Below, piece after piece: positions 1 through 13,200 of a DNA stretch of 44,752 nucleotides (within the stretch, counting starts at the first letter, position 1; each line of letters starts with the position of its first letter). The notes beneath the pieces were generated by a model. The model was not told where the DNA came from. It was given only the letters and a program-made list of their open reading frames with translations, and did not search any database. The stretch is taken from positions 1-44,752 of the forward strand of contig JAUCBJ010004764.1 of NCBI GenBank assembly GCA_032718475.1, given 5' to 3'. The DNA is from Nemertoderma westbladi. Taxonomy: Eukaryota; Animalia; Xenacoelomorpha. The position numbers and the translations under genes were made by a program.

Positions 1-266
1 TTACCGGGTTACAAGAGTACTGGCCTATACCCCACTTAAAACTCATGTACGGGCAGACACGGTGGCTTACTTCGGCCACAATTTATAAATTTTGTTGTAG
101 TAGATAAGAAACTAAATTAGGTTGTTTGTAAATAATAAAATAAACTAAATTAAGTAATAATTCGGATTGGTTGGAAAAAAAAAATAAATTTCAATAATAT
201 TTGATTGATTGATATAATTAATCGAACTATATTTAGATTTTATATGTGTTTAACTTCCATAGATTG

Positions 267-444
267 TATAAATTAATATAGTAATTAAACAGGACTTTGC
301 CTCCGTGGTGTAGTGGTTAGCATACCTGAACGTTTATCTGGAGACGCGGGTTCAATCCCCGCTGGTGGCGAATTCATTTTTTCCGCTCCATTTGCTATAG
401 AGTTGGATCATCCTTAGTCCTGTTTAATTACTTATTAATTTATA
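267..444. mobile_element. Foldback/MITE-like element with ~30-bp inverted repeats enclosing the tRNA-like sequence
   Basis: tataaattaatatagtaattaaacaggact (267-296) is the reverse complement, with one indel, of agtcctgtttaattacttattaatttata (416-444). Confidence 0.6.
299..370 (+). pseudogene. tRNA-derived element (tRNA pseudogene or SINE head)
   Basis: A box TGGTGTAGTGG, B box GGTTCAATCC and a perfect T-stem gcggg/cccgc. The acceptor and anticodon stems have mismatches and the anticodon loop (acgttta) is non-canonical, so it is unlikely to be a functional tRNA. Confidence 0.7.
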
Positions 445-882
445 TTTAGATTTAATCTAAATTTTAATTTATTTAAGTATTATTTAATTATTAGATTATA
501 ATTTGACTATTTAATTTTAATGATCTAATAAGACTAATTTTGATTGGTTGAAAAAAATATATGAACTAAATTACCTGGATTTCTGATTGGTTGTACAGTT
601 ACTACTGTAGGTTACTACTTTTAAAATTAGGTTCATTTACGGTTGTTGTTATCACAAATAGGCAGTTATTAATTCTCGGAGATGAAATAATGATATATTT
701 ATTTAAATCCTATACATGTATATTGAATGGGACAATCTTTTAGGTTCGTTAAGCCAAGGAATGCCTCTGTTCACCACCATGGACGATCTTCCACAGTAAA
801 CCCTTCCACTCTATTTCCCAAGTTGCTTTGGTTCCCATTTACGGATCAAAGGATGAAAGCCGGGGTTGGGCTAGGCTGTAGC

Positions 883-1372
883 GGTACGCAGCAAACTTCG
901 CCCACGAGAAAGCATCGCCCGCGTCCAATCTTTGCCCGGAGCAATCTTCGCCCTCAATATGAGCAACTATCGCCCGGCGGAAACCTTCGCCCGGGCAATC
1001 TTCGCCTGCAGGCATTCTTCGCCCGCGAGTTACCTTCGCCCCATAAACAATCGTTGTTTTGGTTAGAAAAAGCCGTCTCTGTAACCTGCTCCTTTCCCTC
1101 AATTAGTAACACTATCGTTTATTGTTTTGGTTAGAAAAAGCCGTCTCTGTAACCTGCTCCTTTCCCTCAATTTGTTACTAAAATGGTTACTAACACAAAT
1201 CTTATTTTTGGCGAAGGTTGCTCGCGGGCGAAGATTGCCTTGCGGGCGAAGGTTTCCCCCGACGCGGGCGAAGGTTGTAGGCCTACGCGGGCGAAGATTG
1301 CCTTGCGGGCGAAGGTTTCCCCCGACGCGGGCGAAGGTTGTAGGCCTACGCGGGCGAAGATTGCACCCTACC
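883..1372. mobile_element. Non-autonomous DNA transposon (MITE), Merlin-like
   Basis: An 8-bp direct repeat gctgtagc flanks both ends (875-882, 1373-1380). Imperfect TIRs start GGTA. Subterminal ttcgccc repeats on the left are mirrored by gggcgaa repeats on the right, and there are internal ~50-bp and ~63-bp duplications. Confidence 0.7.
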
Positions 1373-1410
1373 GCTGTAGCATTTAGATCATCGTGCCCAT
1401 ATAGTGTTGC

Positions 1411-1481
1411 CACATCTAGGGATCGAACCAGGGCTTACTGAATCGCTGCCCAGGAATGTCATCACCAGAAGACCAAGATGC
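1411..1481 (-). pseudogene. Degenerate tRNA-derived element
   Basis: The minus strand reads gcatcttggtcttctggtga...cctggttcgatccctagatgtg, with B box GGTTCGATCC, a partial acceptor stem and tRNA-like length. Confidence 0.5.
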
Positions 1482-1854
1482 TTATTAGTTATAGTAATCA
1501 GATACGAATTACTACATTAGTCAATATATAGCCCTATCATATTAAAAATGACAAATCTCATATCCTAGAATTAAAATCTGCCAAACATTAAACCCTATTT
1601 TGGCCTGGGCGGATTATTTTAGAAATTTCTGATATCATTGAGTCAGGTTTGTTGGAAAACCTGAGATTTCGTATCTTTTTTCCTAAAATTTAATGGACTA
1701 TGCAACAGAGCAAATGCCATTTATATGGATAATGTGATAGTTTTTGTGCGGTGGTCCCTTTCTGGCACCAATAATCTCCAGTATTTTTCTTGGTAAAATT
1801 TTCATAAGTTATTATGGCTCACTGAAATTGATTTATATGCGGTATATAGCGATG

Positions 1855-2515
1855 TTTTTGGGCACTGATCACGAATATTGAACTCAAGTATAATAACATT
1901 TAGGAAATTGTTGGTAATTGTGAATGTGCTTCCTGGGGCACGAAAAAATCTAGTAGTGCAAATGTGTAAATGAAAAATCACCACAAAATCAAATTAATTT
2001 GGGATGCTGATCACGAATATGACACTGAAATATATCGTACATTGTTGATTAGGGCATTTTGGAATATGTGTCAATTGCGCGGCACGAAAAATACAAGTTA
2101 GAGCACAAATTTCATAATCACAAATCATTACCAAATCAACCTGATTTTAAGACATTATGGGTTTTCTGGAACGCTGGTCACGAATATGACACTCAAAAAT
2201 ATCGTAATATCCAACCAAATTGGATTTTTGCCTTTTGAAATTTTATGCTACTTGTATTTTTCGTCATACAAGACAAACACCAAAAACTATAGTTGCGTTA
2301 CCACGAATGATTTTTAACGAGTTTGTATTGTGATCAGCGTCCTTGAAATCCAGTAGGCCTATACTGTCAGTTTCAGAATTACCAAATCAAATGCAAAAAT
2401 AACAGTTTGTAAATTTTTGCTACTTGTACTTTTCGTTCTGTGGCACCAAAATTGGGTTTCCATTTCCAGAAATATTTATAACTACAGTAGTTTCATCGCG
2501 ATCAGCGACCTCGAT
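1855..2515. repeat. Dispersed 'ctgatcacgaatat' motif repeats, probable DNA-transposon remnant
   Basis: The motif occurs at ~1866, ~2008 and ~2175 in forward orientation, with inverted versions (gtgatcagcgtcc, gcgatcagcgacc) at ~2330 and ~2498. Confidence 0.4.
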
Positions 2516-3112
2516 AACTCGTTAAGCCGTATACCTCCAGAATTATCAACCCAAGCACAAATTCTTTTAGTTTGACATCTATTTACTTAATTAAATAAAA
2601 ATCCGGTGTTGGAGTCCGTCCCCTTACCCCTAACAGGGGCTCTGCCCCCCAGAAACCGCTGGGGCGGCGCCCTCAGACCAAGTAATAAACTTTACAATTT
2701 GCACGCACCATAGAAATTAAATTCCTGGATCCGCCTCTGACTCCATGTTAAATAAATAGATGTTCTGGAATGAATATTTACAACATGGGCTAAAAGGCAG
2801 GTTTACACATGGCAACATTTTTGAGCATCTTTACCAGTAACTTGTAGATCAACTCAGTTTGCCGATCTGTAAATAAAGTTGCAGTTTTACGGCAACGTAA
2901 GGAGTTTGCGAGGGTGAATTAAAGCAGGATAGTCAAATTTTCAAGATTTTTTTTTTATTTTCAGGAAATTGTCAAGTTTTTTTGTAAATAATTTCATGGT
3001 TGTTTATTCTTTACTACCCTTACCATTTGAATTTTATGAATTGTATGTGCTCTATATGCATTTTATGAACTGTGAATTTTATGAATTTTTTTAGACCATG
3101 CCTGGATCCCAA

Positions 3113-3188
3113 GGGGGGGGGGGGGGGGGGGTGGGGGGGGGGCTCAAGCCCCCCTACCCCCCCCCCCCCCCCTTGCCTGCGCCACTGG
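3113..3188. repeat. Poly-G / poly-C tracts ending in cgccactg, probable MITE terminus
   Basis: A ~30-nt G run followed by a ~20-nt C run is visible directly. Confidence 0.45.
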
Positions 3189-3512
3189 CATATGTAGACA
3201 CCATAAAATGTAAGTAGTTTTCAATATATTGCATCCAATAACCATATTGGTTATTGGATAAAAAACATAACAAATTGCACAAAATTCAATATTATGGTTC
3301 TGCACCATAATATGGTGCATAAAACAGTGCCGGTGGATCCAGCAGCAACATAACTCTTCAATATCGCACGGTGAGCCTTACACAGTGCCGGCTGAGTTAT
3401 GGGAATTCGAAGTTGAAATGTATTTGCTTCAGCTGCAGGCCATTTATTCTATTTAATAAATACACAATATTCTGGAACATGATGTTTATCTCATAAGAAG
3501 CTAGCAACAATG

Positions 3513-3745
3513 CTGAGTATTATAAGTATTTTGCAAGTATTAGCTTTTATTCTATTAAATATACACCCCATGTTCTAGAAGATTTTGTTTATGTATGAAT
3601 ATCCACGTACTAGTATCATTATATATAATATATTCTATATAATGATACTAGTACGTGGATATTCATACATAAACAAAATGTTCTAGAACATGGGGTGTAT
3701 ATTTAATAGAATAAAAGCTAATACTTGCAAAATTCGAATACTCAG
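3513..3745. mobile_element. Long near-perfect palindrome (foldback MITE)
   Basis: Arms of ~95 bp (attttgcaagtattagc...tactagtatcattata and tataatgatactagta...gctaatacttgcaaaat) flank a short AT-rich centre at ~3630. Confidence 0.8.
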
Positions 3746-5558
3746 TACTCGGCTATTTCCAAACCAAATTCAGATATCTTTACATATTTGGAATCCTTGC
3801 ACGGCCATCTTTCCATTCCTACCAATAAATTACTATAAGGTTGAAGAATAACTGCAGTACGATACGATTGGTGTAATATCGCCGGAGAACTGAATTACAA
3901 CATAGGCACCACTGCATTATAACGACACCCCCAGCACTGCATTTTACATTATAATTTGATAATATACATCTGGCTGTAGGCAGTTTGATAATAGACATAT
4001 TTCATCATGTGGCTGTAGGCAGGTTAGTAAAGGTGCAGCTTACAGAGGCAAGAGAGGCGAGTCAGGGGAACAGGTTGGAATTTATGTAGAGTTTGCTCAA
4101 TACAGTATGTGTGGCGAGCATTAATGATCCTGGCGCGGATCAACAGGGTCGTGTGCGTGTGGCGCGCATTGAGGATCCTGGCGCGCATATGGACAGATGG
4201 ATGTCATGTAACAGTTCAGTAGCAATGCACTGGCAACATACGACATATCCACTGTCACTCTACTTGAAATTATATCAGTATGTTTAAAAAGAGTTAAAAA
4301 TTTTCGCTCGCTTCGCTCGCGTTTATAATTATTTATATCCTGCTCATATCCATTATGCCATTATTTTAATATCCCTGTTCGGATTAGGCTTCTGTATCTG
4401 TTTATTAACCTACATGAGTTGTTCCAATTGTTCAAACCAATATAAAACCACATTCTCATGCTTGCTACACTAAACTTTCTTAACTTAATCCATAATCACA
4501 TTATATATTTAAAAACAGTTGGTAGGCCTACTATCAGACTATAAATGTTAAAATTTTCTTGCTTGCTACACTCGCAATTTAATCACATTCTGTATTTAAA
4601 AACATTCGGTTCACCTACTATCTGACTAATAAGTACAGAAGTAATACTGTATTAATCTTAATATTTCTGCAAAATTTCTTTGCTCGCTACGCTCGCCTTT
4701 TAATATTTTAATACCTGAATACTGTCGGTCACCTAGGTCTGCTGCAGTCCTGCAGTATGAACTGATAAATTAGTACCTACAATATATATAATACAGCTGT
4801 ATAGTCAGACAATCAGACAGTAAACCTACCTAATAATTGCAAAATTTTTTGGTGAATGGTTGGCGCTCATTGAATGTCATGGCTGGCGCGCTTTTCGTTT
4901 TACCAGAACCCGTGTGGCGCGCTTTTTGTTTTTGTCAATATTCCATAGGCCTATAGGGCCGGAACCAAAACAATAAACGAAAGTTAACACGTAATACAAG
5001 ATTATGTAGGCCTACCAGTATAGTATCTGTACCGGTATACTGGTATATAAGTGCTGGGGTGTCGTTATAAACTGATAAAGCAGTAAAGCAGTAGTGCCTA
5101 CAACAAAATATATTCCAGGACGTGGTGTATCGTATCAACATCAATCAATACGTGTAAAATAGGCATACCGGTGTACCAATTTAATTCAATTCAATTATAC
5201 TATACCGGTACCGTTACTCCGTTACCATGCACTGTCTGACTATCTGACTGTCCTCAGGTCCTCTAACTGTCTAAATGTCTAACTTAAAATTTGATAGTAG
5301 CCTACAATTCTACCAGTCCAGCAGTCTTGCAGTCTACAGGTCTACGCAGTTCAGTTCTATTCTCTCACGTCTGCACGTTCGTTCGGAGTCTTTAGGCATT
5401 AGGCCTGCCACTGCTACCAGCACCAGCCTACTGCGTTACTACAGTACTAGGAACTAGGGCCCACTGCTACTGGATTGCAATTACGGAATTACTGGATTAA
5501 TTAATGCGTTCCTCAAGCCAGCAAGCTCTCACGCACAGGCTGACAGGTGCAATAAATA

Positions 5559-7280
5559 ATGGCTGATGCAACCGCTCGTTCCCTTCAGTACGAGTACAAA
5601 CAGAACTCGAATCTTGTCCTCCAAGTAGATCGATCACTCATCGACAATAAACGAACCAAAGATGAAGCGACGGGCTTCGTCGCCTCCCTTGTGGGGAAAC
5701 TGGGGGGCTCCAAAATGGGCGATCGCGCCCTCAAGTCCCGACCTCCTCAGATGGACGAACGTCGCCAAAAACGGCAGAAACGAGACGACACAAAGACTTT
5801 AATCAGTAGTGGGAAACCCTCGACACTGTCACATAATATTGGCGACATTCACGGGATCTTCTATCGCCCAAAAACCCAAGAAACCCGACAGATTTACGAT
5901 ATTTTGTTGACATTCATCCAGGAGGGGCTTGGAGATCAACCCCGGGATATTCTGTGCGGAGCCGCTGATGAAGTCCTCGTGACTCTAAAGAACGAGAAAC
6001 TTAAAGATAAAGAGAAAAGGAGGGAAGTTGAGAAACTAATTGGTGGATTGGCGGAGGAGCGATTCGCGTTGTTGGTGAATCTCGGGAGGAAGATCACAGA
6101 CTGGGGAGGAGCTGGGGGAGGCGATAAGGAGGAGGAAGAAGACGGGATGGACGAGACCTACGGGGTTAATGTACAGTTTGAGGAAAGCGAAGAAGAAGAG
6201 GATGAAGATAAGTTCGGGGAAGTTCAAGAAAAACAGTCGGACTCTGAGTCGGAGGCAGACGACGGGGCACTGCGGACTCTTAGCGAGGGAGCTGGCGGGT
6301 TTCGTGCCGATAAACACCGCGGGTTGCAACCGGTCGACATCGACGCCCACTGGTTGCAACGACAACTCGGTCGTTTCTACGACGACGCCATCGTCTCCCA
6401 GAAGCTCTCCAAGGACGTCGTCGGGATACTCCGCTCGTCAGACGATGACCGCGAGATTGAGAACCAACTCGTTTTGCTTCTCGGGTTCGACCAGTTCGAG
6501 TTCATAAAGACTTTGCGAACCAACCGCGACATGGTGCTGTACTGCACTCTGTTGGCCCAGGCCCAGTCCGACTCAGAGCGGAAACGCCTCCGCTCCGAGA
6601 TGGCGGAAGAGCCGAGACTATCGGGGTTGCTAACGGAGTTAGCCGGAGGAGTTAGCGACTCCTCCGCGCAGAGCTCCTCCCGGAAGGTGAAACCGATCGA
6701 CGACGTCCTCATGGAGATCTCCACGGACTACTCGAACCGTAGTAAACACCTCGTAGAGATGGAGGACCTCGTCTTCCCACAGGGGAGTCATCTAATGGCG
6801 AACAAACGGTGTCAACTACCCGACGGCTCCTACCGGAAGCAGCACAAGGGCTACGAGGAGGTCCACGTCCCCGCGCTCAAACCGAAACCATTCGGATCCG
6901 CGGAGTCCCTCGTCCCGATTTCCGATCTCCCTCGCTACGCTCAGCCCGCGTTCGAAGGATTCACCTCATTGAACCGCGTTCAGTCCCGTCTCTACCGCGC
7001 CGCTATGGATACCGACGAGAATCTGCTGCTCTGCGCGCCGACTGGCGCCGGTAAGACCAACGTCGCGCTCCTCGCTATGCTCCGGGAGATCGGGAAACAC
7101 GTGAACCCAGACGGGACTATCGACATCCACTCCTTTAAGATCATCTACGTGGCCCCGATGCGCTCTCTCGTGGCCGAGATGTGCGGCAGTTTCGGGAAGC
7201 GACTCGGACCCTACGGGATTGTTGTTAACGAACTAACTGGGGACCATCAACTCAACCGCGAGCAGATAACCGCCACACAG
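5559..7280 (+). CDS. SNRNP200: U5 snRNP 200 kDa helicase (Brr2), coding exon 1
   Basis: N-terminus [25 protein letters not shown]-like region [10 protein letters not shown], Walker A APTGAGKT and motif Ia YVAPMRSL. Ends ...ITATQ at CAG|GTAAGG, phase 0, 574 codons. Confidence 0.97.
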
Positions 7281-10200
7281 GTAAGGAACTCATTGGGAAC
7301 CATCAACTGAACCGCGAGCAGATAACCGCCACACAGGTAAGGAACTCCTTGGGACCATCAACTGAACCGCGAGCAGATAACCGCCACACAGGTAAGGAAC
7401 TCAATTGGGACCATCAACTGAACCGCGAGCAGATAACCGCCACACAGGTAAGGAACTCCTTGGGGACCATCAACTGAACCGCGAGCAGATAACCGCCACA
7501 CAGGTAAGGAACTCCTTGGGACCATCAACTGAACCGCGAGCAGATAACCGCCACACAGGTAAGGAACTCCTTGGGACCATCAACTGAACCGCGAGCAGAT
7601 AACCGCCACACAGGTAAGGAACTCATTGGGACCATCAACTGAACCGCGAGCAGATAACCGCCACACAGGTAAGGAACTCCTTGGACCATCAACTGAACCG
7701 CGAGCAGATAACCGCCACACAGGTAAGGAACTCCTTGGGGACCATCAACTGAACCGCGAGCAGATAACCGCCACACAGGTAAGGAACTCCTTGGGGACCA
7801 TCAACTGAACCGCGAGCAGATAACCGCCACACAGGTAAGGAACTCAATTGGACCATCAACTGAACCGCGAGCAGATAACCGCCACACAGGTAAGGAACTC
7901 AATGGGACCATCAACTGAACCGCGAGCAGATAACCGCCACACAGGTAAGGAACTCCTTGGGACCATCAACTGAACCGCGAGCAGATAACCGCCACACAGG
8001 TAAGGAACTCCTTGGGACCATCAACTGAACCGCGAGCAGATAACCGCCACACAGGTAAGGAACTCCTTGGGACCATCAACTGAACCGCGAGCAGATAACC
8101 GCCACACAGGTAAGGAACTCATTGGGACCATCAACTGAACCGCGAGCAGATAACCGCCACACAGGTAAGGAACTCAATTGGGACCATCAACTGAACCGCG
8201 AGCAGATAACCGCCACACAGGTAAGGAACTCCTTGGGGACCATCAACTGAACCGCGAGCAGATAACCGCCACACAGGTAAGGAACTCCTTGGGACCATCA
8301 ACTGAACCGCGAGCAGATAACCGCCACACAGGTAAGGAACTCCTTGGGACCATCAACTGAACCGCGAGCAGATAACCGCCACACAGGTAAGGAACTCATT
8401 GGGACCATCAACTGAACCGCGAGCAGATAACCGCCACACAGGTAAGGAACTCATTGGGACCATCAACTGAACCGCGAGCAGATAACCGCCACACAGGTAA
8501 GGAACTCCTTGGGACCATCAACTGAACCGCGAGCAGATAACCGCCACACAGGTAAGGAACTCATTGGGACCATCAACTGAACCGCGAGCAGATAACCGCC
8601 ACACAGGTAAGGAACTCCTTGGGGACCATCAACTGAACCGCGAGCAGATAACCGCCACACAGGTAAGGAACTCCTTGGGGACCATCAACTGAACCGCGAG
8701 CAGATAACCGCCACACAGGTAAGGAACTCCTTGGGGACCATCAACTGAACCGCGAGCAGATAACCGCCACACAGGTAAGGAACTCCTTGGGGACCATCAA
8801 CTGAACCGCGAGCAGATAACCGCCACACAGGTAAGGAACTCATTGGGACCATCAACTGAACCGCGAGCAGATAACCGCCACACAGGTAAGGAACTCCTTG
8901 GGGACCATCAACTGAACCGCGAGCAGATAACCGCCACACAGGTAAGGAACTCATTGGGGACCATCAACTGAACCGCGAGCAGATAACCGCCACACAGGTA
9001 AGGAACTCAATTGGGACCATCAACTGAACCGCGAGCAGATAACCGCCACACAGGTAAGGAACTCCTTGGGACCATCAACTGAACCGCGAGCAGATAACCG
9101 CCACACAGGTAAGGAACTCCTTGGGGACCATCAACTGAACCGCGAGCAGATAACCGCCACACAGGTAAGGAACTCCTTGGGACCATCAACTGAACCGCGA
9201 GCAGATAACCGCCACACAGGTAAGGAACTCCTTGGGGACCATCAACTGAACCGCGAGCAGATAACCGCCACACAGGTAAGGAACTCCATGGGGACCATCA
9301 ACTGAACCGCGAGCAGATAACCGCCACACAGGTAAGGAACTCCTTGGGGACCATCAACTGAACCGCGAGCAGATAACCGCCACACAGGTAAGGAACTCCT
9401 TGGGGACCATCAACTGAACCGCGAGCAGATAACCGCCACACAGGTAAGGAACTCCTTGGGACCATCAACTGAACCGCGAGCAGATAACCGCCACACAGGT
9501 AAGGAACTCCTTGGGACCATCAACTGAACCGCGAGCAGATAACCGCCACACAGGTAAGGAACTCAATTGGGACCATCAACTGAACCGCGAGCAGATAACC
9601 GCCACACAGGTAAGGAACTCCTTGGGGACCATCAACTGAACCGCGAGCAGATAACCGCCACACAGGTAAGGAACTCCTTGGGGACCATCAACTGAACCGC
9701 GAGCAGATAACCGCCACACAGGTAAGGAACTCCTTGGGGACCATCAACTGAACCGCGAGCAGATAACCGCCACACAGGTAAGGAACTCCTTGGGGACCAT
9801 CAACTGAACCGCGAGCAGATAACCGCCACACAGGTAAGGAACTCCTTGGGGACCATCAACTGAACCGCGAGCAGATAACCGCCACACAGGTAAGGAACTC
9901 CTTGGGGACCATCAACTGAACCGCGAGCAGATAACCGCCACACAGGTAAGGAACTCCTTGGGGACCATCAACTGAACCGCGAGCAGATAACCGCCACACA
10001 GGTAAGGAACTCCTTGGGGACCATCAACTGAACCGCGAGCAGATAACCGCCACACAGGTAAGGAACTCCTTGGGGACCATCAACTGAACCGCGAGCAGAT
10101 AACCGCCACACAGGTAAGGAACTCCTTGGGGACCATCAACTGAACCGCGAGCAGATAACCGCCACACAGGTAAGGAACTCAATTGGACCATCAACTGAAC

Positions 10201-13200
10201 CGCGAGCAGATAACCGCCACACAGGTAAGGAACTCCTTGGGGACCATCAACTGTACCGCGAGCAGATAACCGCCACACAGGTAAGGAACTCCTTGGGGAC
10301 CATCAACTGAACCGCGAGCAGATAACCGCCACACAGGTAAGGAACTCCTTGGGGACCATCAACTGAATCGCGAGCAGATAACCGCCACACAGGTAAGGAA
10401 CTCCTTGGGGACCATCAACTGAACCGCGAGCAGATAACCGCCACACAGGTAAGGAACTCAATGGGACCATCAACTGAACCGCGAGCAGATAACCGCCACA
10501 CAGGTAAGGAACTCCTTGGGACCATCAACTGAACCGCGAGCAGATAACCGCCACACAGGTAAGGAATTTCTTGGGACCATCAACTGAACCGCGAGCAGAT
10601 AACCGCCACACAGGTAAGGAATTTCTTGGGACCATCAACTGAACCGCGAGCAGATAACCGCCACACAGGTAAGGAATTTCTTGGGACCATCAACTGAATC
10701 GCGAGCAGATAACCGCCACACAGGTAAGGAATTTCTTGGGACCATCAACTGAACCGCGAGCAGATAACCGCCACACAGGTAAGGAATTTCTTGGGACCAT
10801 CAACTGAACCGCGAGCAGATAACCGCCACACAGGTAAGGAATTTCTTGGGACCATCAACTGAATCGCGAGCAGATAACCGCCACACAGGTAAGGAATTTC
10901 TTGGGACCATCAACTGAATCGCGAGCAGATAACCGCCACACAGGTAAGGAACTCCTTGGGGACCATCAACTGAACCGCGAGCAGATAACCGCCACACAGG
11001 TAAGGAATTTCTTGGGACCATCAACTGAACCGCGAGCAGATAACCGCCACACAGGTAAGGAATTTCTTGGGACCATCAACTGAATCGCGAGCAGATAACC
11101 GCCACACAGGTAAGGAACTCCTTGGGACCATCAACTGAACCGCGAGCAGATAACCGCCACACAGGTAAGGAATTTCTTGGGACCATCAACTGAACCGCGA
11201 GCAGATAACCGCCACACAGGTGAGGAACTCCTTGGGACCATCAACTGAACCGCGAGCAGATAACCGCCACACAGGTAAGGAACTCCTTGGGGACCATCAA
11301 CTGAACCGCGAGCAGATAACCGCCACACAGGTAAGGAATTTCTTGGGACCATCAACTGAACCGCGAGCAGATAACCGCCACACAGGTAAGGAATTTCTTG
11401 GGACCATCAACTGAATCGCGAGCAGATAACCGCCACACAGGTAAGGAACTCAATGGGACCATCAACTGAACTGCGAGCAGATAACCGCCACACAGGTAAG
11501 GAACTCCTTGGGGACCATCAACTGAACCGCGAGCAGATAACCGCCACACAGGTAAGGAATTTCTTGGGACCATCAACTGAATCGCGAGCAGATAACCGCC
11601 ACACAGGTAAGGAACTCCTTGGGGACCATCAACTGAACCGCGAGCAGATAACCGCCACACAGGTAAGGAACTCCTTGGGGACCATCAACTGAACCGCGAG
11701 CAGATAACCGCCACACAGGTAAGGAACTCAATGGGACCATCAACTAAACCGCAAGCAGATAACCGCCACACAGGTAAGGAACTCAATTGGACCATCAACT
11801 GAACCGCGAGCAGATAACCGCCACACAGGTAAGGAACTCCTTGGGGACCATCAACTGAACCGCGAGCAGATAACCGCCACACAGGTAAGGAACTCCTTGG
11901 GGACCATCAACTGAACCGCGAGCAGATAACCGCCACACAGGTAAGGAACTCATTGGGACCATCAACTGAACCGTGAGCAGATAACCGCCACACAGGTAAG
12001 GAACTCCTTGGGGACCATCAACTGAACCGCGAGCAGATAACCGCCACACAGGTAAGGAACTCCTTGGGGACCATCAACTGAACCGCGAGCAGATAACCGC
12101 CACACAGGTAAGGAACTCATTGGGACCATCAACTGAACCGTGAGCAGATAACCGCCACACAGGTAAGGAACTCCTTGGGGACCATCAACTGAACCGCGAG
12201 CAGATAACCGCCACACAGGTAAGGAACTCAATGGGACCATCAACTAAACCGCAAGCAGATAACCGCCACACAGGTAAGGAACTCAATTGGACCATCAACT
12301 GAACCGCGAGCAGATAACCGCCACACAGGTAAGGAACTCCTTGGGGACCATCAACTGAACCGCGAGCAGATAACCGCCACACAGGTAAGGAACTCAATGG
12401 GACCATCAACTAAACCGCAAGCAGATAACCGCCACACAGGTAAGGAACTCAATTGGACCATCAACTGAACCGCGAGCAGATAACCGCCACACAGGTAAGG
12501 AACTCCTTGGGGACCATCAACTGAACCGCGAGCAGATAACCGCCACACAGGTAAGGAATTTCTTGGGGACCATCAACTGAACTGCGAGCAGATAACCGCC
12601 ACACAGGTAAGGAACTCCTTGGGGACCATCAACTGAACCGCGAGCAGATAACCGCCACACAGGTAAGGAACTCCTTGGGGACCATCAACTGAACCGCGAG
12701 CAGATAACCGCCACACAGGTAAGGAACTCCTTGGGACCATCAACTGAACCGCGAGCAGATAACCGCCACACAGGTAAGGAACTCCTTGGGGACCATCAAC
12801 TGAACCGCGAGCAGATAACCGCCACACAGGTAAGGAACTCCTTGGGGACCATCAACTGAACCGCGAGCAGATAACCGCCACACAGGTAAGGAACTCCTTG
12901 GGGACCATCAACTGAACCGCGAGCAGATAACCGCCACACAGGTAAGGAACTCCTTGGGGACCATCAACTGAACCGCGAGCAGATAACCGCCACACAGGTA
13001 AGGAACTCCTTGGGGACCATCAACTGAACCGCGAGCAGATAACCGCCACACAGGTAAGGAACTCCTTGGGACCATCAACTGAACCGCGAGCAGATAACCG
13101 CCACACAGGTAAGGAACTCCTTGGGGACCATCAACTGAACCGCGAGCAGATAACCGCCACACAGGTAAGGAACTCCTTGGGGACCATCAACTGAACCGCG

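Noticed and set aside
299-370. Functional tRNA-Asn(GTT)
   Set aside because: It lacks U33 and purine 37, and has T-T mismatches in the acceptor and anticodon stems.
727-1441. Overlapping ORFs of 67-135 aa
   Set aside because: They lie within a GC-rich MITE with internal repeats and have no recognisable domain.
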